Below the pieces are notes generated by a model. The model saw only the letters and a program-made list of their open reading frames with translations, was not told the DNA's origin and ran no database searches. From Amoeboaphelidium protococcarum X5 (Eukaryota; Fungi; Aphelidiomycota): a stretch of 64,000 nt of DNA. The position numbers and the translations under genes were made by a program. The stretch lies in contig JALDTO010000025.1 in the NCBI GenBank assembly GCA_023515725.1, forward strand, positions 1-64,000, given 5' to 3'. This document shows positions 12,867 to 25,338 of this stretch, piece after piece. The stretch's first letter is position 1; each line of letters starts with the position of its first letter.

Positions 12867-14069
12867 ATGGTAACAATGTCTTCAGAAAGGATGGATGTCA
12901 GCTTCTTGATTCATGATAATGATGGTGAAAATGACGATTATCATCATCATGTAGGCGGCGATGAATACGACGCTGCGGAGAGTAAGCATGATCACTCGGC
13001 CGCCGCCGCTGCAGCCTAATAATAATGTCCGAATGATGTACTCCTGAATAGTGATAGTTCAAGAATGTTACCTTTGGCTAATAACTCGCACTTATATAAA
13101 ATGCATTTGCTGGGCGAAGGAAAACCTCATTAGTGCGATTCCCCGAATTGTCTCTTCAAATATGCGCAGCCAAAGACATGGTAAACCGATTTTGACAGCA
13201 AAACTACAAAGCCGATACCACAAGCGGTAATCAGAAATGTCGCTGATCACAATAGGCGATACTCTCCCATCAAGCCTGGCTATGTATTTTAGCATTCTTA
13301 GTAGTAATAGTAGTAATAGTAGTAGTTGTTGTTGTAATAGTAGTAGTAATAGTAGTAGTAGCGACAAGCGATTGGCCCATTACATCATTACCAGCAGTAA
13401 CATAATGTCAACTTCTAGTATCCGAGACCGCTTACAATCTCCTATGTTTCAGAGGACTCTCAAGGTGTCACAGCTCAATCTCCACCGTCTTTTACGCCAA
13501 GAACTTCGCTCTCTGCTGTATCAGTCGCCGATCATCACTCTGGGAATCCTCATACACCCATAGACAATGCTCTGGATGAAGAAGCTATCAGAAGGCTGTT
13601 CATGGCTGCCGAGTCAAGTAAGAATGCAGCCAAGGCTAAGCGAGATTCTGCCATGTTGGCTCTGCTGTTGGATCTGAAGCTGGCCTGTCAGCGTATAGCT
13701 GATCTCAAGTACAAAGATGTAAAGGGTATGGTTGATGGATCCTTCTGTGGTCTGTATAGATACGGCAAGGCCATGTCTGAGCCTACTCGCCACATCAAGT
13801 GTCTACACTTAACCAAGGTCAAGATCTTGGAATGGATAGACTTTTGCCGCAACTAATTTAATTGGTCATTCGATGATGAAGCTCCTGTGTTCGTTCCTCT
13901 GCCTATATTTGGTGATCAGCACGTTCCTAGAAGAATGCCGCTGAAGCGTGATGCCATAAGTAAAGTTTTCAGTTCAATCAAGAGTGTGAGTGGAGTCAGC
14001 ATGTCCAAGGATATGGTGAATCGCACGACTTTAACAGATCAATTGGCTTAGAAATAGAATATTACGTGA
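12867..14069 (+). CDS. PolyQ/low-complexity protein with C-terminal degenerate tyrosine recombinase (phage integrase/Xer-like) domain, ~400 aa
   Basis: Single frame under table 6 (alternative ATG at 12876). C-terminus ALDEEAIRRLFMAA..KRDSAMLALLLDLKLACQRIADLKYKDV..RYGKAMSEPTRHIKC..ILEWIDF..DEAPVFV..PLKRDAISKVFSSIKSVSGV follows the order of integrase catalytic-domain motifs. Confidence 0.7.
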
Positions 14070-14360
14070 CAGTATTATATATCGTTTTAATATATGTATT
14101 TTGTGGTCACTTGTGAATTTCTGCTTTCTCCTTTCTCTGTGGATTTGCTATAATAGTATAGGCCCGAGTAGTTGATTGGCCATAGTTAGATCACGAATTG
14201 AACTCGCCCAATCAACGTGCATTGTACTATCCTCATCACTCACTATCCTGCACACCTTCATTTGCTTCCTCTTAAGTTATTTATTGAATTTCAATGCTTT
14301 ATCGTTTGATACTATACACTGGGTATTTAATAAATAATGAATTGGAATATAACAAGATTT

Positions 14361-15191
14361 ATGATTTAGTTAATTGTGCTGATATCAGTGTTATGGGGAG
14401 TAAATGGTTAGAGCAATGGCACCACAGAGGATACCAACAACACTTAATCATCATCGTCACCTTAATCTTCACCATCCTCTAACTCAAACTCTACAGGTGT
14501 ACCGCTATATCAAAACAATACAAATAATCCTCTAGGAATGGTAATATTCTACGCTCCTCAATATGATGATTTGAAGGGGAAATTTGGCGCATGTATCAGA
14601 GTAGGATCAGCATTTACCAACGTGTCAATTACACAGCCCTGGTAAGTCAGATTTAGATACACCAACGCTGAGATTGCGATTGAGTAGAATAAAGTGGTGC
14701 TAATACAACGCGTCAAAGATGCTGCAGGAGACCCTGGCTTCTCTCTGACGCCACCAACACAGGCATTGAGTAGAATTGAAGGCAGAAAATGGTCATCGCT
14801 GATGTGTTTCAATGGCACTTATCCCCCTCTACCGTCTCAATAATAGTCACAGTAAGACGCGTTATAAAATGTGCCACTTCCTGATCAATTCGATATGATG
14901 ATTCAAGACTTTGGACCAGATGGTTAAAATTTCTAGGCTGTATTCCAGGCATCGTATTAGAATCTTACTAATGTACCTACTACTCCCCCTGTTAACTTTC
15001 TCCGGATAATCGCGGCGGATCCTCAATCGGCCACCATAAAATCAAAGCCTCAGCTAGCCGGCGCAGTAATTGGCTCAATTGGCGCGGGCCTCATAATATC
15101 TGCTATAATCGCCTTCTGCTTAAGGTCAAAGGGAAATGGCTCTGGATTTCAGGCAGAAGATGATGATGACTCGATGATGTTTGGTCTTTGA
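14361..15191 (+). CDS. Hypothetical type I membrane glycoprotein, 276 aa
   Basis: Signal peptide MIQLIVLISVLWGVNG, Ser/Thr/Asn-rich stalk with several NxS/T sites, TM segment LAGAVIGSIGAGLIISAIIAFCL, short acidic tail. Ends at TGA. Confidence 0.72.
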
Positions 15192-15297
15192 ATCTATATT
15201 AAAGATTGAGAATATATATATATTACTTTTGTTATAATTAAATTCCATTTTATACAATCGATATTGAGTTTTTATTCATATCAAAATAATGCTCAAG

Positions 15298-16897
15298 TCA
15301 ATTGATTAGTGAAGATAGAGCATCGATAAATTGAGTAGAAAAGTTGTCATCATCAAACTCCATAGCGCGCAATCTACCAGCCTGTTGAATCTATTATCGA
15401 TCCTTTTTAGACATTTATAAAATCTACGCAATAAAGTCAGCATAGCCATCTTCATCCTATTCCACAAATCCTACAAAAGCAATTCTGACGTTATAAGATC
15501 AAGTTATAAATGTAAACAGTATGAACAATACCTGTGGGTTAACTATTATGTTTGACCACAATGTCCATGAGAGGACCACCGGATGCGTTTGCAATCGGAA
15601 TCACACCTGCAGCCATGTACTCTACAATGCCAATGCCAAAATGCTCATTATGCATTGTGTGTATTCCTATCATGGCTCGACTGAGATAATCTTTGAGTAC
15701 TTCATACGGCGCATTGAGTACAAATTCAACATGACTGTCAATGTCCAGCTGCAGGGAGAGTCTCTTCAAATCGGCCACACGTTCATGATCACCTGCATTT
15801 CTGCATCCACCAATAAGCACCAGCTTGACGTTATTCTTCAATCGCGGATACTTTAATAAAAACCTGGCAAATGCTTTCAATTATAATTGATGATTCTTCT
15901 CTGGTCTAAATTGCCCAATTGATACTATAATCTTTTCTCTATCAGCTTTATTACTACTACTACCACCAATACTGGCGAGTTATTGCACATTACATGGTGG
16001 ATAGATTTTGTACAATCTATCAGAGACATTCCATAGCGATTTTATATGAGCCTCTGTCCAAGATGAGTTGACCATAACACAATCGGCATACTAACCAACA
16101 CATCCATACAACAATGCAAAGATTCTATAATAAACCGACTTGATAGCAGTGAATACACGTCTGAATCCAATCACCCTATTATTAAACGTATCTTATCCAC
16201 TCTCCACCGCATGCAACATATCAGAACTAATAGTGGGATAATGAACATAGCACGCAATCTTACACCCACAGAAAGTCTTGACCAATGGATAAACAAAAGC
16301 ATATCCCATAGTATCAATAAAAATATCTAATTAGCCACAATTTCTGATTGCCTCATAGCCAAGAACCATTGATCCAAGACTCTGAAATAGCAGTGTAAAT
16401 CTGGGATAAAGCTTATCCTCAACCAGGAATCTCTTCTTCAGAAATACAAATTAGACAGGCAGTGGTAACTCAATATTAAATCTATCCTTGGCTTTACTCA
16501 AAATCTACTCTGGGGAGGCATCTAAATCACCAGTGAATATTATGAAATCCCCATTTGGATATTGTTTCATACAAGCCAGTAGGGCAACCCATAATACACG
16601 CTCACCACCACCTCCAGCATTGCAATAAGGATGAAAGAAGCCAATTTTCATAGATCTTGGCGTTGTTTAAACTGCGTTGCCATCTTTGATATTCTTTTTG
16701 TACTTTTAGGTGGAGCCTTTAACAGGCTGATATTTATTATCACTGCTATTAGAGAGGCTAATATTTCTTCTACCAGCAGAAGTTGAACTAATCTACTTGG
16801 AACTCTAGACGGGGATGATCAGATTAGAGGCAGACTTTATTGTAATTGACACTATAGTTATAGTGAGCACATACAGAAAATATATAAAATCCAGCAT
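15298..16897 (-). CDS. ALG11: Alpha-1,2-mannosyltransferase ALG11 (one intron, 15471-15531)
   Basis: [57 protein letters not shown] 61-nt GT..TGTAG intron restores [13 protein letters not shown]. Confidence 0.95.
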
Positions 16898-17210
16898 TCT
16901 TAATCCACAGCCAGACAATCTATTGTCTGTCTACCACCTAATAGAGCTTTTACAGAGCAGAGCCGGGGGAATGTATGGAGAGAGAGATACCGTGCTGTTT
17001 GCAAGAAGGAGAAACATCTGCTGCTGTCAAAGCAAAGCGAACGAGAACGGTTCAACGCGTGAAAGAACCAACAAAGTGATGTACATTGTTCAACTGACCT
17101 ATGGTGATAGCCAGTCAGGATTTATACCAAATTTTTATTTTTAAAGTGACAAAGGTTGAAGAAGAGATTATAATGAAATGCTTTATTTAATAGTTATGTA
17201 TTAGAGTATT

Positions 17211-20200
17211 TCATTGATAAGTGCCACGCTTCCTTAACGTATTTTCTCTCTTGCAAATCTAACACGGAACCCCATAGTCTAGATTAAAGTCATGACCCAA
17301 GGCATTGATACGTTCATCGTCACCCACTTGCGATAAATGATAACGGATTGCATCCAGTGATCTCAATGCAGATCTGGCAGCCACGACTCTGCAAGATTTA
17401 TAATTCGGTCCTTGAGAGATGCCAAGTAGAAGACCATGCAAATACACTCCCACAGTCAGACACGTAAAGTAGGACTCTGTGACGTGCTGATCAGCAAATT
17501 CTAATGACATTAGATCGCGGCTGAACTCGGTCTCCTTCCCTGGACGGTTTCCATTCTATTGCTTCGATGAGGATGCGCCATCATTCATAGTCTACTTCAT
17601 AATCTACTAATCAAGAGCATTAATTGAGCGCATAAAAGGAAACTGCTTGATAACTAGAGCAGAGCATTGACGGCTATCAATCAGCTGATTCAACTTCTTC
17701 AGTGGATGCATTCTAACATACATCGCCTCATGACTATGCTCCAGTACCCATTTCTTTAAAGACATTAGTTAATCAATCTGTACAACCTGTGGCTCCAATG
17801 CGGTACTCTAAATCTCTTCATCTTAATGCTCATTATCTTCACTTTCCGTCTACTTATCGTGGACTGGAAGAGCAGTCTTATCAGCCCCCAATACTTCTTC
17901 TGGTAGAACAGTCTCATCAGAGTGAGTAGCATCCGGCCTGTGACCATCATTGATACCAATAATGTTATCGATAACTTTAGCCACCGCGTCATAATCGAAT
18001 CCGCAGTCAATAAACACCGCGCCAATGACAGCTTCCAATACATCACTGACACCTTTAGGTATCGTATGGGGATCTTTGGGCCATTTATTAGAGACCAACT
18101 GACAAGCCAACTCCATAGATATTAGTTAGCGATTCTCATCAGAATTCTACAACGTAACTGCCTGCATACTTTATGCAAGCAAATCTACCGACTACTCCTT
18201 CTCAACTGCAGTGGTAGTGATAATCTCATCAGTGATCCCTTCCTCACCCACCTAATGCTTTTGCTCATCCTCCTGTTCATCTTCTTGATCGTCATCGACA
18301 AAGCCATCGTCCAGGGAATCAGGAACAATATCCTCTGATGACTATTATTCCAAATGACTGTTACTATTATGAATAGGCATATCCACAACAAGGAGAGATT
18401 GAGTCTACTTATCAGTCACACTCAACTCAGACTTGGCATCAAAAGCATTTACCCACCACCACCATGGCAATTGGTCAATGTGACTAGTCTCCTCAACCCA
18501 CTACGCACGGTCCATCGCCAATACTTCATTCACGTACCGCGTAGATGACGAGAGTTGAGCGAACAGTGGCTCAGAAAAGTGGATAATATTTTTGCTCAAT
18601 TACCGCGCTATACACACAAATCCCAGTGTCTCATTGTTAACCACCAACATTTTGACATCAGTCAGTCGGCCAGGATCTAGTGGGATACCACGCTTCTCCA
18701 ACTTGGATCTAATAGACGGCGGAATCAGTGCAAGAGGAGGTATGAACTTGGGAAACTCTTTGCCATACTACTCTCTATCTCGACATAGCCAGAATAGTTC
18801 AGATGCAACAACAAGATCCAGAATGGCATCACCTAAAAATTCGAGCCGCTAATAATTAGGCAATCCTTCAATCTAGGACGATGGATGGTTCAAAGATTCA
18901 TCCAATAGTCTGAGATTACCAAACTATCGTCCAATAACATTTTCAATGGTCACTGGAATAGTTCTAGGCTGGTAGTCTTTATCTTTGTACTGATCAATCA
19001 AAAGTTCTTTATACAGAGGCCATCGAGGCTGGAGCATCTCAAATCCAAGTTTAATCATCATCTGCATAGCCATTGAAACACCTCCATGAACATATGCTGC
19101 ACCTAATAAACTCTCCACGACATCAGACACTGTGGCATCGGATATACAGTTGGCCTCTACCACTTTATGTCTATGATGCTTGTTAAAACCCGTGATGGAT
19201 ACAACTTTCGCCACCGCATCACTCTGCATAGGAAGTCTATAAGACTTTGGTGACACTGGGCTAATCCAGATATACTGCGGCAATGATAAAGCTTTAGCCT
19301 TCTTATACAGAGCCTTATTAGAGACGATCAGATGCCTAGCATAGGACAACTTACCTTCATCTTTATCCAGATGCTTGCAGAATAGATCTAGACTCACTGC
19401 AATCTTCAAAAACGCGTCACCAATAGTTTCCAGGCATTCATACGAGTATCCCAAATTAGTGGCCGGAGCAGTGAGAGCTTCCAGTAGCAAATGTATTGGG
19501 ATCTCTTGCAAATTAAAATCTTGCTGGAAATTCAAAGCCAGACTTATAGACTCTATACGCGCAATAATGGATGGAAACATTGAGGCAGACCTGAACAGAG
19601 GCGCCGGTATTGGACAGAATATGAAGAATTGCGGAATTCTATGCTGCGGCAACTTGGACTTATCTTTCACATTCAGATTCTCGGGATCAATGACAGGCAC
19701 AAGATAATTTCTCATCAATGGCGCTCTGTAGACTTTGCATAAAGGCTAATCTTCGCGGATGTGGGGCAATCGTCTTCTGGTGTATGGAATTCTCTTATGA
19801 GTCTTCTTGTACCAATCCAGATATGTATTGCCGTAATCACCGTCAGCTTTCAAAATAACGCCTTTATCTAACAAGTCCTCTTTCATGATACTAGACAGTG
19901 GATTCAAGTCATACAAAATCTTATCAATCACCACACGCTTTTGATAGTCCATCAGATCTGTCGCCACCCATTCCTCAGACATTAATGCAGTATCACCTTC
20001 AGCACTGTCAGTGTTCTCTTACTTTTTGATATAGTCCAAGACACTGATAAAGTCTGGCCGTCCACAAGACTTGAAGGCAGACTCGTAAGAGAACACCTTG
20101 TCAATATACGCCCAATCAACTAATTCTGATTATTACTCAATCGGCGCCCATAAATATCTATAAGATTCATCCCACTGCTCAAAATCAGTCTTGTCCCAAA

Positions 20201-22751
20201 TATAATTCGGTTCATTACCACTGGTGTCCATTTCATCACGATGCGATAGGAACACGTATCTCATGATGAAACTATTGAATCTCTGCAACCGCTTCACCTC
20301 CGACAACTTCAACCTCACAGCCACACTTTAGTTCATACTCAATTCCCCCGGCTCGTCCAATACTCCATGAGACTGCGAGTATATAGGAAATGTAAATACT
20401 TCAGGCATCTGTTCCCTGGTGATTAAAGCAATTGGTAGATGGCCACTAAATTCTGATGACCAAGTGAAACGACTACAAAATAAGTCCAGTTCTACATCAT
20501 CCTCCTCAACTACTGCCGGCTGATCGAGAGATATCTTATCTTTATCAACATTTTCTGCACTATGGAACCATTTCTAGTCCGTCCAAGGCAGCTTTAGAGT
20601 CCACTCGATATCTCTCTTAATTCCCATTTCTCCTGGAAGCAGATCCTGATCCATCTGCATACCATCCAGCAAATGATGAAAGTCATATCGGTCCTACTTG
20701 TAATTGTCAATCTCAAATCGGAATGGTAGCAAATGATCATCCAATGCCCCAACCTGATACAATTTCTTGACAGCCTCCAGAGCCGCTGACCGCTTCGCCA
20801 ATGTCTTCGAAGGCATAAGATTGCCTTTCATAGTCTTAAATGGAGCTCCAGGAGGTAGAATAGCTTCCATCTGATAGATCACTTGATCAGATACTCCCAC
20901 AAACTGAAACTCGGCTTTTCTTATTATATTGTCGGTATGTGACAGAGTAGCGCAATAGTAATGCAGTGTAGTCACACTTGAGTTATAAGATACACACGCA
21001 CCAGAAGATTCCACGGTGAACACTTCATTAGATGAAGCATCGATCCAACGAGCATTTTCATTGTCTCCGTCTACGTCATCGTCATCGTCATCACCATCAT
21101 CGCCCTATTCACCGTCACCGTCGCCATAAGTATCAAGTAGTTACCACTAGGAGAAATCCTTCTCCGCCATTTTGATCCTATTCATCACAGTCCTATGCTC
21201 CATATTACCATCTTCAATAAAAATAAGAAACTGAGAATCCTTGTGCCTAGCACGACCTCTTGACTAAATGTACGCAGACAGTGTATGGCACAGATCAAAT
21301 CTGATAACGCAGGAGCATGGCTGCACATCAAGGCCTTCTTCAGCGACAGACGTAGATATCAAAACGTTACTCTCACCCTGCGCGAAATCTTTAACAACCT
21401 GGTTCTGCATCTTTGACTTCATCTTATCATCCATCAATTTCTAAGTCTTACTACCATGACCGACTAGAACCTTGGGGCGAACAATATCCTTCAAATCGGG
21501 GCACTGCACCAGAATCTCTTAAAGAGCATATGCACATAGTCTCTTCTGAGCAAATATGATACAACAAAAGTTTTAAAAGGAAGGAGCCAATTTTTTCAAT
21601 ACTTTAATCAACCGAAGTACCTTTGGACTCAAAAGCTTTGGATCGTATTCCGGAGCGGCAAACTAGCTCAGAGACACGGATAAATGTTTAAGGTAGGTGA
21701 TTGCAGATTGACGATCAGCTGTGGGATCCAAGTCTAACAATTATAGATTAGACTGTGAAAACTGGCGCAATTTAGCATATAATAACTACTCAGCAGCCCA
21801 TGGACCAAGTTCAGATACTAAAACTTCCAACTTGGACTTCAGTTATAATAGCGGACTATTCACCTCACTACCCAGCATGATCAACTTTTACAATCTCGGA
21901 CCTGGTACTACGAAATCTATCGGAGTTGCAGGATAGAACACCAGCTTCTCCACAGGTTTGGGCGCTGCTTCCAGTAACTGCGGATCTTCAGTACGAGATA
22001 CAGTAAATGCTTGACAATCCAAATTCTTCTCCAATTGCCACACAGACTAATTCACATCCTCCTTACGATTTACAGGCGATGCTGTCATACCAAAGATCCT
22101 AGGTCGGTACTCGCGGTCAATCTTGTAATAGAAATCTGACATGATCACATTGTATGGATGCCTCTTACGTGCGTGATGACATTCATCAAAGATCAATAGA
22201 GCAATCTGATCCATCTTGATAAAGCCGTGCACCAGCAGATCAAGGAGAATCTACGCGGTCAACACCAGAACATCCAACTTGTCAAATATCAACTTCCACT
22301 GATTCTCTCCCCACAAATCAACATTCATCTCACCGCAGTAATGTCCGACGCGTAGAGACGTCTGAGATCGCAGCACGGAACTCTATTGGAAGACCAGCGG
22401 GACACTATTCACCAGGAAGAAGATTAGCTTCTTGCGCGGCGAGTCTGATTATCCCGCCACCATCAATTGACTATCATTCTTCATGCCCTTATACGCTTAA
22501 TATACTTGATTAGAAATATACTTGATCAACATGACAGCTATGAAAGTCTTGCCACTGCCAGTATCAAGTACAGCGAACACGTTCTACTTCTTGGCGAGTT
22601 CAAAGCATTGTAATTGATACTTGCGAGGCTTGAAATTCACCGGCAGATCCAAGTCAAAGCTTCCCATGGCAATATCGACATTCGGAATCTCAGTCGCTGC
22701 CTGTGCCTCTTCAATCACCTCCATACCATCATTATCAATCTCGTCAGTCAT
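17211..22751 (-). CDS. DCL1: Dicer (DExD/H helicase, Dicer-dimerisation domain, PAZ-like region, two RNase III domains, C-terminal dsRBD), ~1846 aa, intronless
   Basis: [38 protein letters not shown](Q=TAG)[21 protein letters not shown](Q=TAG)[26 protein letters not shown]. All ORF fragments share one frame. Paralog number is uncertain. Confidence 0.95.
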
Positions 22752-22956
22752 TGCGATATATTTGTCCAATATACTTGTCGTTTGCTGATCGGTAACGCGC
22801 GATTGAACAAGTTTTGATGAGAGCGAACAATGCGAGAAGAAACAACGAAGGGGTCGTGATAAGAGGAACCACAATGACTCAATAAGTTACAGGTGAAAGT
22901 TTTATACAGGCTTAATATAATTAAAAGCTTCAACAAGAGTAAGCGTAATATTAATC

Positions 22957-24030
22957 TCATTTGATATCCTTATCATTCTACTGTGAACTCTTCTGAAACG
23001 ACTTGATCTCTTCTATAAGGGCAACCTCCTCTTTCTCCAGACGTTACAATTTCTTGTAATCTTCATCAGATACAATGAGCGGATTAAGATACCATACAAA
23101 ATCAGGGAGCTCTCCAAACTTGGTCATGAATCTTTGCATGAAATCTTTTGGATTGCGCCTAAAATCTTGAAATGTCAATGGAAGTACTTGGTCCTTCTCT
23201 GGCACTTGACCGACTGGTAAAATAGCTTAGATCTTATCAGGCTAATGTTCATACAGATACCGCAGATTCTTCTCAGCTACTCTCTGTACGCGATAATCTT
23301 CCAACTTGTAGTAGAGATAATGTCCAACTCCGAAGATCAAGGACCAAACCACTGCTCCACGAACTCCCATATTATGAGCGTACGCAGCGGATACATCTTT
23401 AGCCCGTGCCCATTATCTCCCTTGAACTAAGTTAGTCAAATAACCACTCACTCCACCAGCTAGAAAAGATCCACAAATATCCCAGTCCCGTTGTGTCATA
23501 TCGCTCAGGAACTCTGGCATATCCAACCCAGGACCTCCACCTTCCACAAATATACTGGACCATTGGAGCATAGAACTTCTAGGGATAGTATTACCATTTT
23601 CATCCACAGGTCCGGCATTGCTCCTGGAGAGATTATCAAGACGCGTCACTACGCGTTAAATACCACTAGGCAATAAGTACTTGAATCCCATAAACTGACC
23701 GCTGATCAAGCCAATATTGACTGCAGTCTGCACTCCGAGTCGCATAGGATGTGGGTATTTAGTTAGCGCACCATATGTTAGACCAATTGTCAAACCAGCA
23801 ATAGCACCGGGTACAATTCCATCTGCCAGAGTCTGAAGTGATTGTGTTAATCTAGATGTAATAGAATCGCGCTACTTTGTTAACATTTAATCTTGAGCCA
23901 TGCTGAGATCAGCCAATTACTAATCCCCTTGCTACTACTACAATTTTAAATTCTCTTGCTGTACTTTCTGCGCCTTTGCCATCCCTCTGGCAATATGGAA
24001 CTGCCCATCAATATCTAGATTTGCAGGCAT
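22957..24030 (-). CDS. Probable Tim17/Tim22/Tim23-family mitochondrial membrane protein, 357 aa
   Basis: Gly-rich hydrophobic helices (GIVPGAIAGLTIGLTYGAL; GSFLAGGVSGYL; GVRGAVVWSLIFGVGHYLY) and C-terminal NPLIVSDEDYKKL coiled segment. Confidence 0.55.
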
Positions 24031-24173
24031 CTTTTTAAGAAGGGTAATCTATTTGGTTTAAACTGATCGAGTTTAATTTATTGCTGCGAAAGATCTAAAG
24101 AGATGTAAAAATACGCGAAATATTAAACTGCTTAATAAAATGTAGTAGAAAACAAAAAACGATTTATAGGAGA

Positions 24174-25071
24174 TCAAAGTTGCAACATTTTGCTTGGTGT
24201 AGTGTCCTTTTCAGAATATTTTGGCAACAACTCTTTGTTGTCTTATTAGTCATCTTCTTCACCTTCACTATCTTCTTCCCAACCGGAGATGAACCAGATA
24301 CAATCAACAAATAGAGACACAAACAGCCATAGAATCAATGCGGACAATGCTACAAGCAAACACGAACCCAGATCGAATTCATAGTACTCAATCTCTGCTT
24401 GAAAATACGTAAACTCCTAATCGATGCTTGCTTTCCTACTAGCATCAACACCATTAATAACTACCTTTGACTCAGCGGAGTCATAGTCATTCAATAGATC
24501 CCACTACTGCGCACCTTTAGCATCATGAAACAGATTCGCGAATAAATCAAAGCCACTCGTAATTTAATTATCATCATCAACTGAAACTGTTTCTTCGTTG
24601 ATGACAGAGACGCCGTCAGTGGCTGAAATTGACTCGGTCGTTTCAGAGCTTAGAATGGATTAGGCAATTTTGAGTTCATGTTTAACTTCCACCAACTGGC
24701 AAGTACCATCCTTGGATCCATCATTAGCGAATTTAGAGCAGAAGGAAGAATCCATAGTGTCGCGCACTTCTGCATTGTCAACAGCCTCTAAACACTTTTC
24801 GTAAATGTCTGCATTGTTAAAGAGATAACAAATGTTTCTGAATACTTCAACATCAGAAGAGGTTTCCATTCGATAGAGAAAGTACTAGCATGTCAGACAA
24901 TCTTGACTAGTCTCAAGATTAGATTTTGCTTTTTAGTTGACTTGTGCTACATTTAATATAAGAATGCGATTAATATAACAATGATAATCTTTACACAATT
25001 TATGAAAATTTACTTGGAATAGCTGAGACGCAAGTGATCAGCGCCACAACTTGAATCAGAAATTGCATCAT
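24174..25071 (-). CDS. Membrane-anchored saposin-B-like protein (one intron, 24947-25013)
   Basis: Signal peptide MMQFLIQVVALITCVSA is joined in frame across a 67-nt GT..TGTAG intron. Six-Cys pattern CLTCQYF..ICYLF..EKCLEAV..FCSKF..GTC, then an acidic stalk and TM segment CLLVALSALILWLFVSLFV. Confidence 0.65.
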
Positions 25072-25338
25072 TCTAATGTATAAGTATCAGCTTAATCAAT
25101 AAATCGAATATAAAGTGAGTATTGTACTAATAATATGACAAGTCACACAATCCAGTTTCATGTTCGCACGCTTACACACATGTGATGCCTCCGGTCTCTA
25201 TCGCGACGAGATTATGGTTGCCAAGGCGATTGTTTCAATGTGGTTCGCTACCAATACAAGTTGATAATATTGAGATAAAAAAGGTGGACCGCTGTTACAC
25301 GTAAATAATTTATATTCACACTTTGTCAACATACTCAC

